42,080 nucleotides of DNA. Origin: an uncultured bacterium. Its GTDB lineage: Bacteria; Cyanobacteriota; Vampirovibrionia; Gastranaerophilales; Gastranaerophilaceae. Location of the stretch: positions 1 to 42,080 of the forward strand of contig USOK01000001.1 in assembly GCA_900556295.1 (NCBI GenBank). Reading direction: 5' to 3'. Shown here piece by piece: positions 28,152 to 37,127 of this stretch; position 1 is the stretch's first letter, and every line of letters begins with the position of its first letter. The position numbers and the translations under genes were made by a program. Under the pieces are notes generated by a model. It worked only from the letters and a program-made list of their open reading frames with translations. It had not been told where the DNA came from and did no database searches.

Positions 28152-28479
28152 AGTATATAAACCTCTTTTAATTGATTCCGTTAAAGCTGCCGTTGATATC
28201 GAACAACACAGATTTATAGGGTTTGACGGAAATTATTGCTCACAAGGAGCTAAAGCTCTCGGAGTATCAGATGTTGCAATTGAAAAAGAACAGTATGTCC
28301 CTGTTGCACTATTAGGAATTTTACTTATAGAAGCAGCCGGCACAATTTCTGTTGGGGATGCCGTTGCATCCGATGAAAACGGAAAAGCCGTTAAAGCAAC
28401 CGACTCTGCAATAATCAACGGATATGCGTTGGATGACGGTGCTGACGGTCAGGAAATACGAATTTTAATAGGACAATAA
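28141..28479 (+). CDS. Capsid cement/decoration protein (DUF2190-like)
   Basis: EAAGTISVGDAVASDENGKAV, GYAL. Confidence 0.8.
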   Translation: MANKVYKPLLIDSVKAAVDIEQHRFIGFDGNYCSQGAKALGVSDVAIEKEQYVPVALLGILLIEAAGTISVGDAVASDENGKAVKATDSAIINGYALDDGADGQEIRILIGQ

Positions 28480-28481
28480 TT

Positions 28482-28925
28482 ATGGAATATTGCACGATTG
28501 AAGATATTGAAACTCAAACCTCTACCCCTACTCTAATCCAGCTTACTTCTGATGATGGGCAGGAATCCGTCAATCGTGTTGTTGCCCTTGAGGCAGTCCT
28601 TTATTCTTCTACGCTCATCGATGGGTATTTGAGAGGCAGATACTCTCTACCTCTCAATACTCATTTTCCTTTACTTCGTATATTGGCAATAGATATAAGT
28701 ATTTACAGGCTATACGCACGAAGAATGAGAAACGAAATGCCTGAAGTAATTGAAACTGCATACAAAAACGCAATATCTACTCTAAGAGATATTCAAAAAG
28801 GTGTAATATCCCTGCAAGCAGAAAATGATTTACTTGAAACTTCATCCTTTAATGCTCAGGAGTATAAAACAAATAAGAGTATTCTTGATAAATTATTCGG
28901 AAAGCAAAAAATGAATGAGTATTAG
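28482..28925 (+). CDS. Mu gp36-like (DUF1320) head-tail adaptor
   Basis: YCTIED, IDGYLRGRYSLPL, YKNAI..L.DI..G.ISL. Confidence 0.9.
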   Translation: MEYCTIEDIETQTSTPTLIQLTSDDGQESVNRVVALEAVLYSSTLIDGYLRGRYSLPLNTHFPLLRILAIDISIYRLYARRMRNEMPEVIETAYKNAISTLRDIQKGVISLQAENDLLETSSFNAQEYKTNKSILDKLFGKQKMNEY

Positions 28926-29325
28926 GAATATTGAAAACTCTATCACACAAAAGCTAAAAGACTCTTTTCCCGAAGTTCTTGTGCAAGGTTTCCCCGATAA
29001 ACCCTCCGAGTTTATTCTTTTACACCCGATAGGTGCTTTACTCGTTCATTATCAGGGAAGTAATTACACAAATTCAAATGCTCTCGGAATAATTTCTCAA
29101 GAAAATAAAAAAGAGTTTGCCATAACTGTCGTAACAAGAAATTTAAGAGCAAATCAGGGAGCGTATGAATACATAGATAACGTCAAATCAATCCTTACAG
29201 GATTTCAGCCTGATGAATGCTCAAAATTAATGCCACTAAAAGATTATTTCATTTCTGAAAATGCAGGAATTTGGCAATACGGAATTAATTTTTCACTAAC
29301 TACAACTAACATACAAAATTATTGA
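28915..29325 (+). CDS. Gp37-family tail terminator-like protein
   Basis: FPDKP, HPIGALLVHY.GS, GIWQY. Confidence 0.82.
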   Translation: MSIRNIENSITQKLKDSFPEVLVQGFPDKPSEFILLHPIGALLVHYQGSNYTNSNALGIISQENKKEFAITVVTRNLRANQGAYEYIDNVKSILTGFQPDECSKLMPLKDYFISENAGIWQYGINFSLTTTNIQNY

Positions 29326-29352
29326 TTAAACATTTACCCAAAAGGAGACTAT

Positions 29353-30585
29353 ATGCCTGCATCATTTTTACATGGTGTCGAAACCATTGAAGTAACCAAA
29401 GGTGCAAGAACAATTACAACGGTAAAAACTGCCGTTGTCGGACTTGTAGGAACTGCACCGATTGAAGATGTTGAAGATGAATACAAAACAATTAATACCC
29501 CGACTTTGATTCTGAATGAAACCGAAGCCGTAAAATATTTCGGTAATCACAAAGCCGGATTTACAATTCCTCAAGCCCTGAAAGCTATCTTTGACCAAGG
29601 TGCCGGAATTGCCATTGTTATTAATGTTTACAACCCCGAAAAACACGACTCCGTTGAAGATGTAAAAATATCCGATATAAACGGAGGGATTGATTCTCAA
29701 ACAGGAAAACGTACAGGAATGAAAGCGTTTGAAGATTGCTATTCCTTATTCGGTTATTATCCGAAAACAATTATTGCTCCCGTTTTCTGTGAAGAGACTG
29801 CCGTTGTATCAGAAATGAATACTCTGTGCAATAAAATCAGAGCAATAGGAATTGTTGATGCTCCTGTTGGAGCTTCCGTATCTGATGTCATTACAGGTCG
29901 TGGGCCAGAAGGCACAATCAACTTTAACACATCTTCAGAACGTCTAATCCTTTGTTATCCGCATTTAAAAGTATATGATTCGGAGTCGGATTCAATAAAA
30001 CTGCAACCTTATTCTCAAAGACTTGCCGGTGTTATTGCTGCCAAAGATGTCGATAAAGGTTATCACTGGTCACCGTCAAATACGGAAATACAGGGAATTG
30101 TCGGTATTGAACGGCAATTAACCTCAATGATTAACGACCCGACAAGCGAAGTTAATACCCTAAACGAAGCCGGAGTTGTAACCGTATTTAACTCATACGG
30201 TTCAGGCTTCAGGACTTGGGGCAACCGTTCTGCTGCATATCCGAGTTTAACCCATCCGACAAACTTCATAAATGTCAGAAGAACAGCCGATATTCTTCAC
30301 GAATCAGTCGAATACTCAATGCTCCAATTTATGGATTATCCGATAGATAACGGCTTGATTGATTCTATTTGTGAAACAGTTAACCAATTTATTCGCACAT
30401 TAATCGGTCGTGGTGCATTGATTGACGGCAAGTGTACTTTTAATCAGGATAAAAACCCTGCAACGGAAATCGCCAACGGGCATCTTGTTTTTGATATTGA
30501 ATTTATGCCTCCGACTCCAGCTGAAAGAATAACCTTTGAATCATTTATTAACATTGAACTGCTGAAATCATTAGGAGCATCATAA
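29353..30585 (+). CDS. Tail sheath protein (P2 FI-like)
   Basis: FLHGVE, TAVVGLVGTAP, GYHWSPSN, GFRTWGNR, FINVRR, PAERITF. Confidence 0.95.
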   Translation: MPASFLHGVETIEVTKGARTITTVKTAVVGLVGTAPIEDVEDEYKTINTPTLILNETEAVKYFGNHKAGFTIPQALKAIFDQGAGIAIVINVYNPEKHDSVEDVKISDINGGIDSQTGKRTGMKAFEDCYSLFGYYPKTIIAPVFCEETAVVSEMNTLCNKIRAIGIVDAPVGASVSDVITGRGPEGTINFNTSSERLILCYPHLKVYDSESDSIKLQPYSQRLAGVIAAKDVDKGYHWSPSNTEIQGIVGIERQLTSMINDPTSEVNTLNEAGVVTVFNSYGSGFRTWGNRSAAYPSLTHPTNFINVRRTADILHESVEYSMLQFMDYPIDNGLIDSICETVNQFIRTLIGRGALIDGKCTFNQDKNPATEIANGHLVFDIEFMPPTPAERITFESFINIELLKSLGAS

Positions 30586-30761
30586 TGTACGCAACAGTTA
30601 ATAATAATGGCGATTTGGAAGTCCACACAGATGAAAACGACAGTTGCTTTCTTTGTAAAAACTTGTATAAGTGTCCCCTAATACAAGCAATTAGCAAGGA
30701 ATATGTTATCTTGCATTATTCTGACATCGAAATATCACAATGTGCATTATTTAAACGCTAA
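30585..30761 (+). CDS. Small Cys-rich protein (58 aa, not in ORF track)
   Basis: TAATG overlap with the sheath stop, AGGAG RBS; CFLC-x5-C...C. Confidence 0.7.
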   Translation: MYATVNNNGDLEVHTDENDSCFLCKNLYKCPLIQAISKEYVILHYSDIEISQCALFKR

Positions 30762-30788
30762 CACCCTAAAAATAACGAGGAATATATA

Positions 30789-31310
30789 ATGTCCAAAATT
30801 GAAATTAATAAATTAACCAACGCAAATATTTACATGAACGGTACAAACCTTTTAGGCAGAGCCGAAGAAGTACAGCTACCCCAAATCAAACACAAAATGG
30901 CTGAACACAAAGCCCTCGGTATGGTTGGCTCGGCTGAATTTTTTGCCGGCATAGATAAACTTGAATGCAAAATAAAATGGAATGCGCTCTATCCTAATGT
31001 ATTAAGAACTTGTGCAAATCCGTTTCTTGCCACAATGATTCAAGTTAGAGCTTCACTTGAAACATACAACGGTGCCGGAAGAATTAACGAAGTTCCTGCA
31101 ACTGCGTTTTTAATCGGAACTTTTAAAGAATTTCCGTTGGGGAATATAAAGCCGCATGAAAATGCAGAATACGAAACAACAATGACCGTAACCTACGCAA
31201 AGTTGATTGTAGATAAACAGGAAATCTTTGAAATAGATGTACTGCAAAACATTTACAAAGTGGGAATGGTAGATATGCTCGCAAAATTTAAGAAAAATGT
31301 GGGGGCATAG
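30789..31310 (+). CDS. Major tail tube protein (P2 FII-like)
   Basis: EEVQLP, GMVG, GIDKLE, VTYAKL, FEIDVL. Confidence 0.9.
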   Translation: MSKIEINKLTNANIYMNGTNLLGRAEEVQLPQIKHKMAEHKALGMVGSAEFFAGIDKLECKIKWNALYPNVLRTCANPFLATMIQVRASLETYNGAGRINEVPATAFLIGTFKEFPLGNIKPHENAEYETTMTVTYAKLIVDKQEIFEIDVLQNIYKVGMVDMLAKFKKNVGA

Positions 31311-32773
31311 TGGAAGATTCAATCCTTAAAAAAGCTAATTCTAAAAAAAGTCTGACCGAAGAAATTGCCACCCGAAAACGTGCATTAAACTTCTATTCGC
31401 TTGCCAATATTCTTCCTGATCCCGATATTGTCCTACGCAAACAGGGGAAAGATGTTCGAGTTTACAAGGAATTACTCTGTGACCCGCACGTTTTTGCTTG
31501 TGTTCAATCCCGTAAATCAGGTGTTCTCTCACTTGAATGGGAAATAAACAGAGGACTGGATAAAGACGAAAAAGCCGAAGCTATTGAAAACTTACTAAAA
31601 CAACTCGATATCCACAAATTGATTTCAGACATTTTGGATGCAACACAGTTTGGGTTTCAACCTTTGGAAATAATATGGAAAAGAGATAAATCGGGGTATA
31701 TTTTACCTGAAAGAATAGTTGCAAAACCACCCGAATGGTTTTGTTTTGATGATAACAACACTCTAAAATTCAGGACTAAAGAGAATTATTACGGAGAGGA
31801 ATTGCCGAATAAAAAGTTTTTGTTGGCTCAAAACAACCCCTCATACAACAATCCTTACGGAGAACGAACTCTTTCACGAGTTTTCTGGCCTGTTACATTC
31901 AAAAAAGGCGGATTAAAATTTTGGGTTATTTTTACGGAAAAATACGGAATGCCACATCTTATTGGTAAACATCCTCGAGGAGCGACAAAAGAAGAAACCA
32001 ACACTCTTGCCGATATGCTTGAAGAAATGGTACAAGATGCCATTGCTGTCATCCCTGACGATTCTTCCGTTGAAATTCAAGAAGCAAATAAATCCTCATC
32101 TGCTGCGATATATGAACAGCTTATCGATAAAATGAATGCTGAAATTTCAAAAGCCATACTCGGTCAGACTCTAACTACCGAAATAGGCGCAACAGGAAGT
32201 TATGCCGCATCTAATACGCACTTTGCAATACGACAAGACATTATTGATGCCGATAAAAAACTTGTTGAAAGTGTTATTAATCAACTGATTCAATGGATAT
32301 ATGAAATTAACTTCTCAACAGCGGATATTCCTGTCTTTGAAATGTATGCTTCCGAAGATGTTGATTTAACTCTTGCTCAAAGAGATAAAATCCTTTCAGA
32401 CACAGGTGTAAAATTTACCAAAGAATATTTTATTAAAAATTATGGTCTTGAAGATGAGGATTTTGATATCCGAGAGGACATCTTACCAACTGCAACACCA
32501 AACTTTAGTGAGTTTAAAGAAGAACCCCCAATCGTTCAAGGACAGAAACAAATAGAAGATTTGTTTAAATTCTTATCGGAAACTGAACTTTCAAAACACT
32601 CTCAAAAGATGCTATCTCCATTGATTTCACTTCTTGAAAGTTGTGAAAGTTATGAAGAAGCATACGAATTATTAACAGACAAAAACTTAAAAAGCAAAAA
32701 GTTTGAACAGACGCTTCAAAAAGCTATGTTCCTCTGCGAACTGCAAGGAAGGAGCGATGGTTTGGATGAATAA
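31310..32773 (+). CDS. Portal protein (Mu gp29, DUF935)
   Basis: DPHVFAC.QSRK, FTEKYGMP..IGK, ISKAILGQTLT, GSYA. Confidence 0.93.
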   Translation: MEDSILKKANSKKSLTEEIATRKRALNFYSLANILPDPDIVLRKQGKDVRVYKELLCDPHVFACVQSRKSGVLSLEWEINRGLDKDEKAEAIENLLKQLDIHKLISDILDATQFGFQPLEIIWKRDKSGYILPERIVAKPPEWFCFDDNNTLKFRTKENYYGEELPNKKFLLAQNNPSYNNPYGERTLSRVFWPVTFKKGGLKFWVIFTEKYGMPHLIGKHPRGATKEETNTLADMLEEMVQDAIAVIPDDSSVEIQEANKSSSAAIYEQLIDKMNAEISKAILGQTLTTEIGATGSYAASNTHFAIRQDIIDADKKLVESVINQLIQWIYEINFSTADIPVFEMYASEDVDLTLAQRDKILSDTGVKFTKEYFIKNYGLEDEDFDIREDILPTATPNFSEFKEEPPIVQGQKQIEDLFKFLSETELSKHSQKMLSPLISLLESCESYEEAYELLTDKNLKSKKFEQTLQKAMFLCELQGRSDGLDE

Positions 32774-34073
32774 ACAACTGACTAACTTGGGGGCTCGTAC
32801 TAAACGGCGTTTCGAGTCTTGCTCAACGCAAGCCTCTTCAGCCTCTGCTCGCCTCCGCTTCTTTGATTTCTTTTCAGGGATAGGGGGTTTTAGAATTGGC
32901 TTGGAACGAGCCGGTTTTAAATGTGTTGGCTATTGTGATAATGACGAATATGCCAGCAAATTATACAAGAATTACTTTGATACAACGCATGAGGTATTTT
33001 TTAATGACATCACAACAATCAATACAAAAGAACTTCCCGATTTCGATATCTTATGTGCGGGATTTCCTTGTCAATCTTTTAGCATTGCAGGAAAAAGACT
33101 CGGATTTGAAGACACAAGAGGCACAATGTTTTTTGAAATCGCACGGATTCTCAAAGACAAAAGACCGAGATATTTTATTCTCGAAAACGTTAAAGGCTTA
33201 CTTAATCACAACGGAGGAAAAACTTTCCAAACAATACTTAAAATTCTCTCCGACATTGGGTATCAAACTCAATGGCAGTTACTTAATTCTAAGTTCTTCG
33301 GAGTTCCTCAAAACAGGGAGCGGGTGTACATTGTTGGATGTTATGGAACAGAATGTGCCGGAAAAATATTTCCTATCACAGGATATGATGAAGAAAATAT
33401 TAGCGAAAATAATTTAATTCAATTAACGGAAACAAAAGGAAAATCCCAAGGAAGTCGTGTTTATGACCCAAAAGGTATAAGCTCAACATTAACATCTAAT
33501 AGTGGAGGTTTGGGTGGAAAAACAGGCTTGTATTTTATTAATCAATATTACTTTCATTGCAAAAAATCAGATTATTCATCCACATTAAAAGTTGGCGGAG
33601 AACGACCAATGATAAATCTTCCGAATGATGCAATTGAATCTTTTATTAACAAGCCACGCCACAATCAATACAAAGCCTCTGACACCGTTCAAACTCTAAA
33701 AGTCGCAGGCGATACTCCTTTGATGAAAGTTAGAAACGGAACTAAAAAAGGATTTGACGAAGCAGGTCCCGGAGACGGAATTAATTTAGCATTTCCTCAA
33801 TCAAAAACAAGACGTGGGCGAGTCGGCAAAGGTTGTTCTCAAACACTTGATACAAGTTGCAATATGGGAACAATTGACGATTACAGGATTAGGCGATTAA
33901 CTCCTCTTGAATGTTTTAGGCTTCAGGGTTTTCCTGATGATATGGTAAAAACTGCAAGAACTCTCGGAATGGCTGACTGTCATTTATACAAAATGGCAGG
34001 AAATGCTGTTACAGTAAATGTAATTGAGGCTGTCGCTAAAAAACTGGCAGAGGTTATCAATGGTACAACTTAA
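32766..34073 (+). CDS. Orphan DNA (cytosine-5) methyltransferase
   Basis: FSGIGG, GFPCQ, ENV, PQNRER, RRLTPLEC.RLQGFP, GNAV. Confidence 0.95.
   Translation: MNKQLTNLGARTKRRFESCSTQASSASARLRFFDFFSGIGGFRIGLERAGFKCVGYCDNDEYASKLYKNYFDTTHEVFFNDITTINTKELPDFDILCAGFPCQSFSIAGKRLGFEDTRGTMFFEIARILKDKRPRYFILENVKGLLNHNGGKTFQTILKILSDIGYQTQWQLLNSKFFGVPQNRERVYIVGCYGTECAGKIFPITGYDEENISENNLIQLTETKGKSQGSRVYDPKGISSTLTSNSGGLGGKTGLYFINQYYFHCKKSDYSSTLKVGGERPMINLPNDAIESFINKPRHNQYKASDTVQTLKVAGDTPLMKVRNGTKKGFDEAGPGDGINLAFPQSKTRRGRVGKGCSQTLDTSCNMGTIDDYRIRRLTPLECFRLQGFPDDMVKTARTLGMADCHLYKMAGNAVTVNVIEAVAKKLAEVINGTT
32784..32858 (+). repeat. Small hairpin insertion element copy 2 (AACTT...TCCGC, 75 nt, in frame)
   Basis: GC-rich island; CTTGC/GCAAG stem; removing it restores MNKQLTFFDFFSGIGG. 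Confidence 0.65.
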
Positions 34074-34818
34074 AAGTCTGTTTAAACTTGCTCCCTCTCT
34101 TGCAATAAAATATTTCAAAAACAAAAACAACAAATTTAGTTGGGATTGGTACGAACTTTGGCAAGATGCACACAAAAAATCGTTTACGGTCGCAAAAGTT
34201 ATGCGTGAAGATATCCTCAAAGACATTCGTTCAGCTTTAGATAAAGCACTTTCTGAAGGCAAAACCTTTAAAGAGTTTTCAAAAGAACTTAAACCAACAC
34301 TCCAAAAGAAAGGTTGGTGGGGTGAACAGATTGTTGTTGATTCTCAAGGTAATGCCGAAAAAGTTCAGCTTGGTTCAATGTACCGATTAAAAACAATTTA
34401 TTCCGTAAATATGCAAGTAGCTTATCAAACAGGAAGATATAAGACACAAGTGGATAATGCAGAAAATCGACCGTACTGGGAATACGTTGCCGTTATGGAT
34501 ACTGCAACAAGACCTGAACACGCAATGCTTAACGGCTTGATTTATCGATATGATGACCCGTTTTGGCAGAGTTTTTACCCTCCGAACGGTTGGCGATGCA
34601 GATGTAGAGTTAACGCCCTTTCTGATTACAAAGTACAAAAAAATAAAAGTATCGTTTCTTCTTCAGAAGGTACTTTATCCCAACAAATGGCACTTGTTTC
34701 TAAAAAATCAGGCGAATACAAGCCTGTAACTGTTTATACCGACCCACTTACAGGCAAAAGAATTTCCCCTGATGTCGGTTGGTCTCATAACCCTGCAAGT
34801 GGATTAATTGAACAGTAA
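34060..34818 (+). CDS. MuF (gp30) head morphogenesis protein, short form
   Basis: FTVAK, LQKKGWWG, RLKTIY..N, D..TRPEH, PPNGWRCRC. Confidence 0.93.
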   Translation: MVQLKSLFKLAPSLAIKYFKNKNNKFSWDWYELWQDAHKKSFTVAKVMREDILKDIRSALDKALSEGKTFKEFSKELKPTLQKKGWWGEQIVVDSQGNAEKVQLGSMYRLKTIYSVNMQVAYQTGRYKTQVDNAENRPYWEYVAVMDTATRPEHAMLNGLIYRYDDPFWQSFYPPNGWRCRCRVNALSDYKVQKNKSIVSSSEGTLSQQMALVSKKSGEYKPVTVYTDPLTGKRISPDVGWSHNPASGLIEQ

Positions 34819-34851
34819 TAAAACACTATTTGAACAGATATAAAACAATAA
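34808..34851 (+). repeat. 11-bp phased repeat, copy B
   Basis: TTGAACAGTAA TAAAACACTAT TTGAACAGATA TAAAACAATAA. Confidence 0.6.
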
Positions 34852-34861
34852 GGAGTTTTAA

Positions 34862-35680
34862 ATGACTATTGATAAAAAATCTCTAATCAATTGGGTTGGC
34901 GGTAAAAGATTGTTGCGTAAAACAATAGAACCGCTTATTCCTAAAGATATAAAATCATATATTGAACCGTTTGGCGGTGGCGGTTGGATTTTGTTTTACA
35001 AAGACAAATGGGCTGATTTAGAAATCTACAATGACCTTGACAGCCGTCTTGTAAACCTTTTCAGGATTGTTAAATACCATCCGAATGCATTTAAAGAAGA
35101 ATTTAACTATCTTCTCGGCTCTCGTGAAATCTTTTTCCAATTTATGAACTCAACTCCGATTACGGATATTCAAAAAGCTGTTCAGTTTTATTACTTGATA
35201 ACTCGCTCATTCGGTGGCAAAGGAAATACTTTCGGAACAGTAAAATGTTCAAGCGGTGGAGCTTGTAAATCCTTAAAAAATGTGCCTGAAAAAATTGATG
35301 CCATCCACAAACGTCTTGATAAAGTAATGATTGAAAATCGTGACTTTGAAAAACTCATCAAACAATACGATTTTGAAAATGCTTTTTTCTATTGCGACCC
35401 TCCGTATTCCAAAGGTTGCGGTTATGAAGTTACATCTACGGAAGACTTCGACCACGAACGTTTGAGAGAAATTCTTGGGAACATAAAGGGCAGATTTTTA
35501 CTGTCGTATGACGATTCTCCAAAAATTAGAGAATTATACAAAGGGTTTGAAATGATTGCCATTGAAAGACAAAACGGCATTAATAACAGACAGGGCGATA
35601 ATCGATTAAACAAAGTGTTTAAAGAACTTTTAATCGCCAATTATCCGATACGAGAAATACATGAGCGACAAACCGATTGA
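34862..35680 (+). CDS. Orphan DNA adenine methyltransferase (Dam/D12 class)
   Basis: NWVGGK, YIEPFGGGG, IEN.DF, DPPY. Confidence 0.93.
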   Translation: MTIDKKSLINWVGGKRLLRKTIEPLIPKDIKSYIEPFGGGGWILFYKDKWADLEIYNDLDSRLVNLFRIVKYHPNAFKEEFNYLLGSREIFFQFMNSTPITDIQKAVQFYYLITRSFGGKGNTFGTVKCSSGGACKSLKNVPEKIDAIHKRLDKVMIENRDFEKLIKQYDFENAFFYCDPPYSKGCGYEVTSTEDFDHERLREILGNIKGRFLLSYDDSPKIRELYKGFEMIAIERQNGINNRQGDNRLNKVFKELLIANYPIREIHERQTD

Positions 35681-36110
35681 AATCAAAATCGACAATAAAG
35701 ATGTTGAGAAAAAGTTGTTAGAACTTGCTCAAAAAGGCGAAAACCTGCGACCGTTAATGAAAAACATCGCAGGTATTTTCGCATCTGCAACAGAAGAAAA
35801 TTTCAAAAATGAAGGCAGACCTGATAAGTGGACAGAACTTTCCGAAGTAACGAAAAAACAAAGAACAAAACAGAAAAAATGGCCGGGACAAATACTGCAA
35901 GTTTCAGGTCAGCTTGCCTCATCAATTTCAACACAGTATGACGATGAATCGGCAGTTATAGGGTCAAATCTTGATTATGCAGCAATTCATCAACTCGGAG
36001 GTCAAGCCGGTAAAAACAAAAAAGTTGAAATCCCTGCAAGACCTTATCTTAAACTTACAGATGATGATTTCAATGAAATTCTTGACGCAACTAAAAACTT
36101 TTTGAAGTAA
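35661..36110 (+). CDS. Virion morphogenesis protein (Mu gpG / tail S family)
   Basis: NF..EG.P..W..LS, GQLASSI, GSNL.YAAIHQ.GG, IPARPYL. Confidence 0.92.
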   Translation: MSDKPIEIKIDNKDVEKKLLELAQKGENLRPLMKNIAGIFASATEENFKNEGRPDKWTELSEVTKKQRTKQKKWPGQILQVSGQLASSISTQYDDESAVIGSNLDYAAIHQLGGQAGKNKKVEIPARPYLKLTDDDFNEILDATKNFLK

Positions 36111-36174
36111 ATAAAAGTTGGAATGGTAGCAAAACAGGCAAATTGAGCATATTTGCCCGAGAAAGGAAAGTTTT

Positions 36175-36717
36175 ATGAATATAGTTGAACCAATCAGAAA
36201 AAAGTCGGACTTAAAGAAAATCGAACGAATTTTAAGAAAACAAAGCCTAAGAGATTTATTACTGTTTACAGTTGGAACAAACTGCGGTTTAAGAATTTCA
36301 GATATTTTAAACCTTAATGTCGGAGATGTTCGAGGTAAAAATTACATAAATATCATTGAAAAGAAAACAGGTAAATTTAAAAGATTTCCGATTAACTCAA
36401 AATTAAAACCTTTATTTGATAAATTTACTGCAAAAAGAAATAGTGATGAACCTTTGTTTTTATCTGTTTTTAATAACAGAATGGAACGCACTCAATCTTA
36501 CAGGATAATTCGAGATGCTTGTCGAGAAGCCGGGATTGATTATAAAATAGGTACTCATACTTTAAGGAAAACATTCGGGTATCATCATTATAAAAAATTT
36601 AAGGATGTAGCCTTATTACAAAAAATATTTAATCACTCAAGTCCTGCTATTACATTGAGATATATTGGAATAGACCAAGAAGAAATTGACGAAAGTTACA
36701 ATAATTTTATTCTATAA
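36175..36717 (+). CDS. Tyrosine recombinase, catalytic domain only, active site intact
   Basis: GLRISD (R), EKKTGK (K), HTLRKT (H,R), NHSS..ITLRY (H,Y). Confidence 0.92.
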   Translation: MNIVEPIRKKSDLKKIERILRKQSLRDLLLFTVGTNCGLRISDILNLNVGDVRGKNYINIIEKKTGKFKRFPINSKLKPLFDKFTAKRNSDEPLFLSVFNNRMERTQSYRIIRDACREAGIDYKIGTHTLRKTFGYHHYKKFKDVALLQKIFNHSSPAITLRYIGIDQEEIDESYNNFIL

Positions 36718-36750
36718 TTCAGTTATAATCACTAATTCAACAAAAAAGCA

Positions 36751-36778
36751 ATTCAACATATTACTTCTTGTGTTGAAT
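36751..36778 (+). repeat. Xer/dif-like recombination site 1
   Basis: ATTCAACATAT-TACTTC-TTGTGTTGAAT (11-6-11). Confidence 0.75.
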
Positions 36779-36912
36779 TATTCAAAACTTCCAAATTCTA
36801 TTTGATTTTATCACAAACAAAGAAAATTTTTAAGCTGTATTGCTAATATTAATTTTTATTAAAACAAACAGTCTAAAACTCTTTATTTGTAATGCTTTTG
36901 CAGAAATACAGT

Positions 36913-36940
36913 TTTCAACTTATTACTTCTTGTGTTGAAT
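36913..36940 (+). repeat. Xer/dif-like recombination site 2 (direct to site 1)
   Basis: TTTCAACTTAT-TACTTC-TTGTGTTGAAT. Confidence 0.75.
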
Positions 36941-37080
36941 TGCTTTTTCTCAAATGCCTATAAGTATAATAACACAAACATAAGCGACTAATTATTTTTT
37001 ATTAAATTTATGTTGAATGTGCTTAATATTTAATAAAAATCAATGGCTACAACCCTTATAACATAATACTTTTGTAAATT

Positions 37081-37108
37081 AATCAACACAAGAAGTATTG
37101 TGTAGAGT
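37081..37108 (-). repeat. Xer/dif-like recombination site 3 (inverted)
   Basis: Reverse complement reads ACTCTACACAA-TACTTC-TTGTGTTGATT. Confidence 0.72.
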
Positions 37109-37127
37109 TCAAATTCCCAAAGAAGTG

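Larger units (their letters stand above)
1779..36110. mobile_element. Mu-like transposable prophage with P2-type contractile tail (exact ends not resolved)
   Basis: MuA, MuB, GemA, Mor, DUF935 portal, MuF, gpG, gp36/37, plus sheath, tube, tape measure and baseplate genes. Confidence 0.92.

Noticed and set aside
34060..34818. MuF polymorphic toxin
   Set aside because: The protein ends right after the MuF domain; no toxin extension or immunity gene.
36111..36174. Prophage right end, and hairpin GGCAAAT/ATTTGCC (36137-36157)
   Set aside because: No repeated transposase-binding sites or 5-bp target duplication could be matched to a left end; the hairpin is short with no U-tract.
36751..36778. 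Chromosomal dif site
   Set aside because: Three clustered copies with core TACTTC in mixed orientation beside a dedicated recombinase; dif is normally single.
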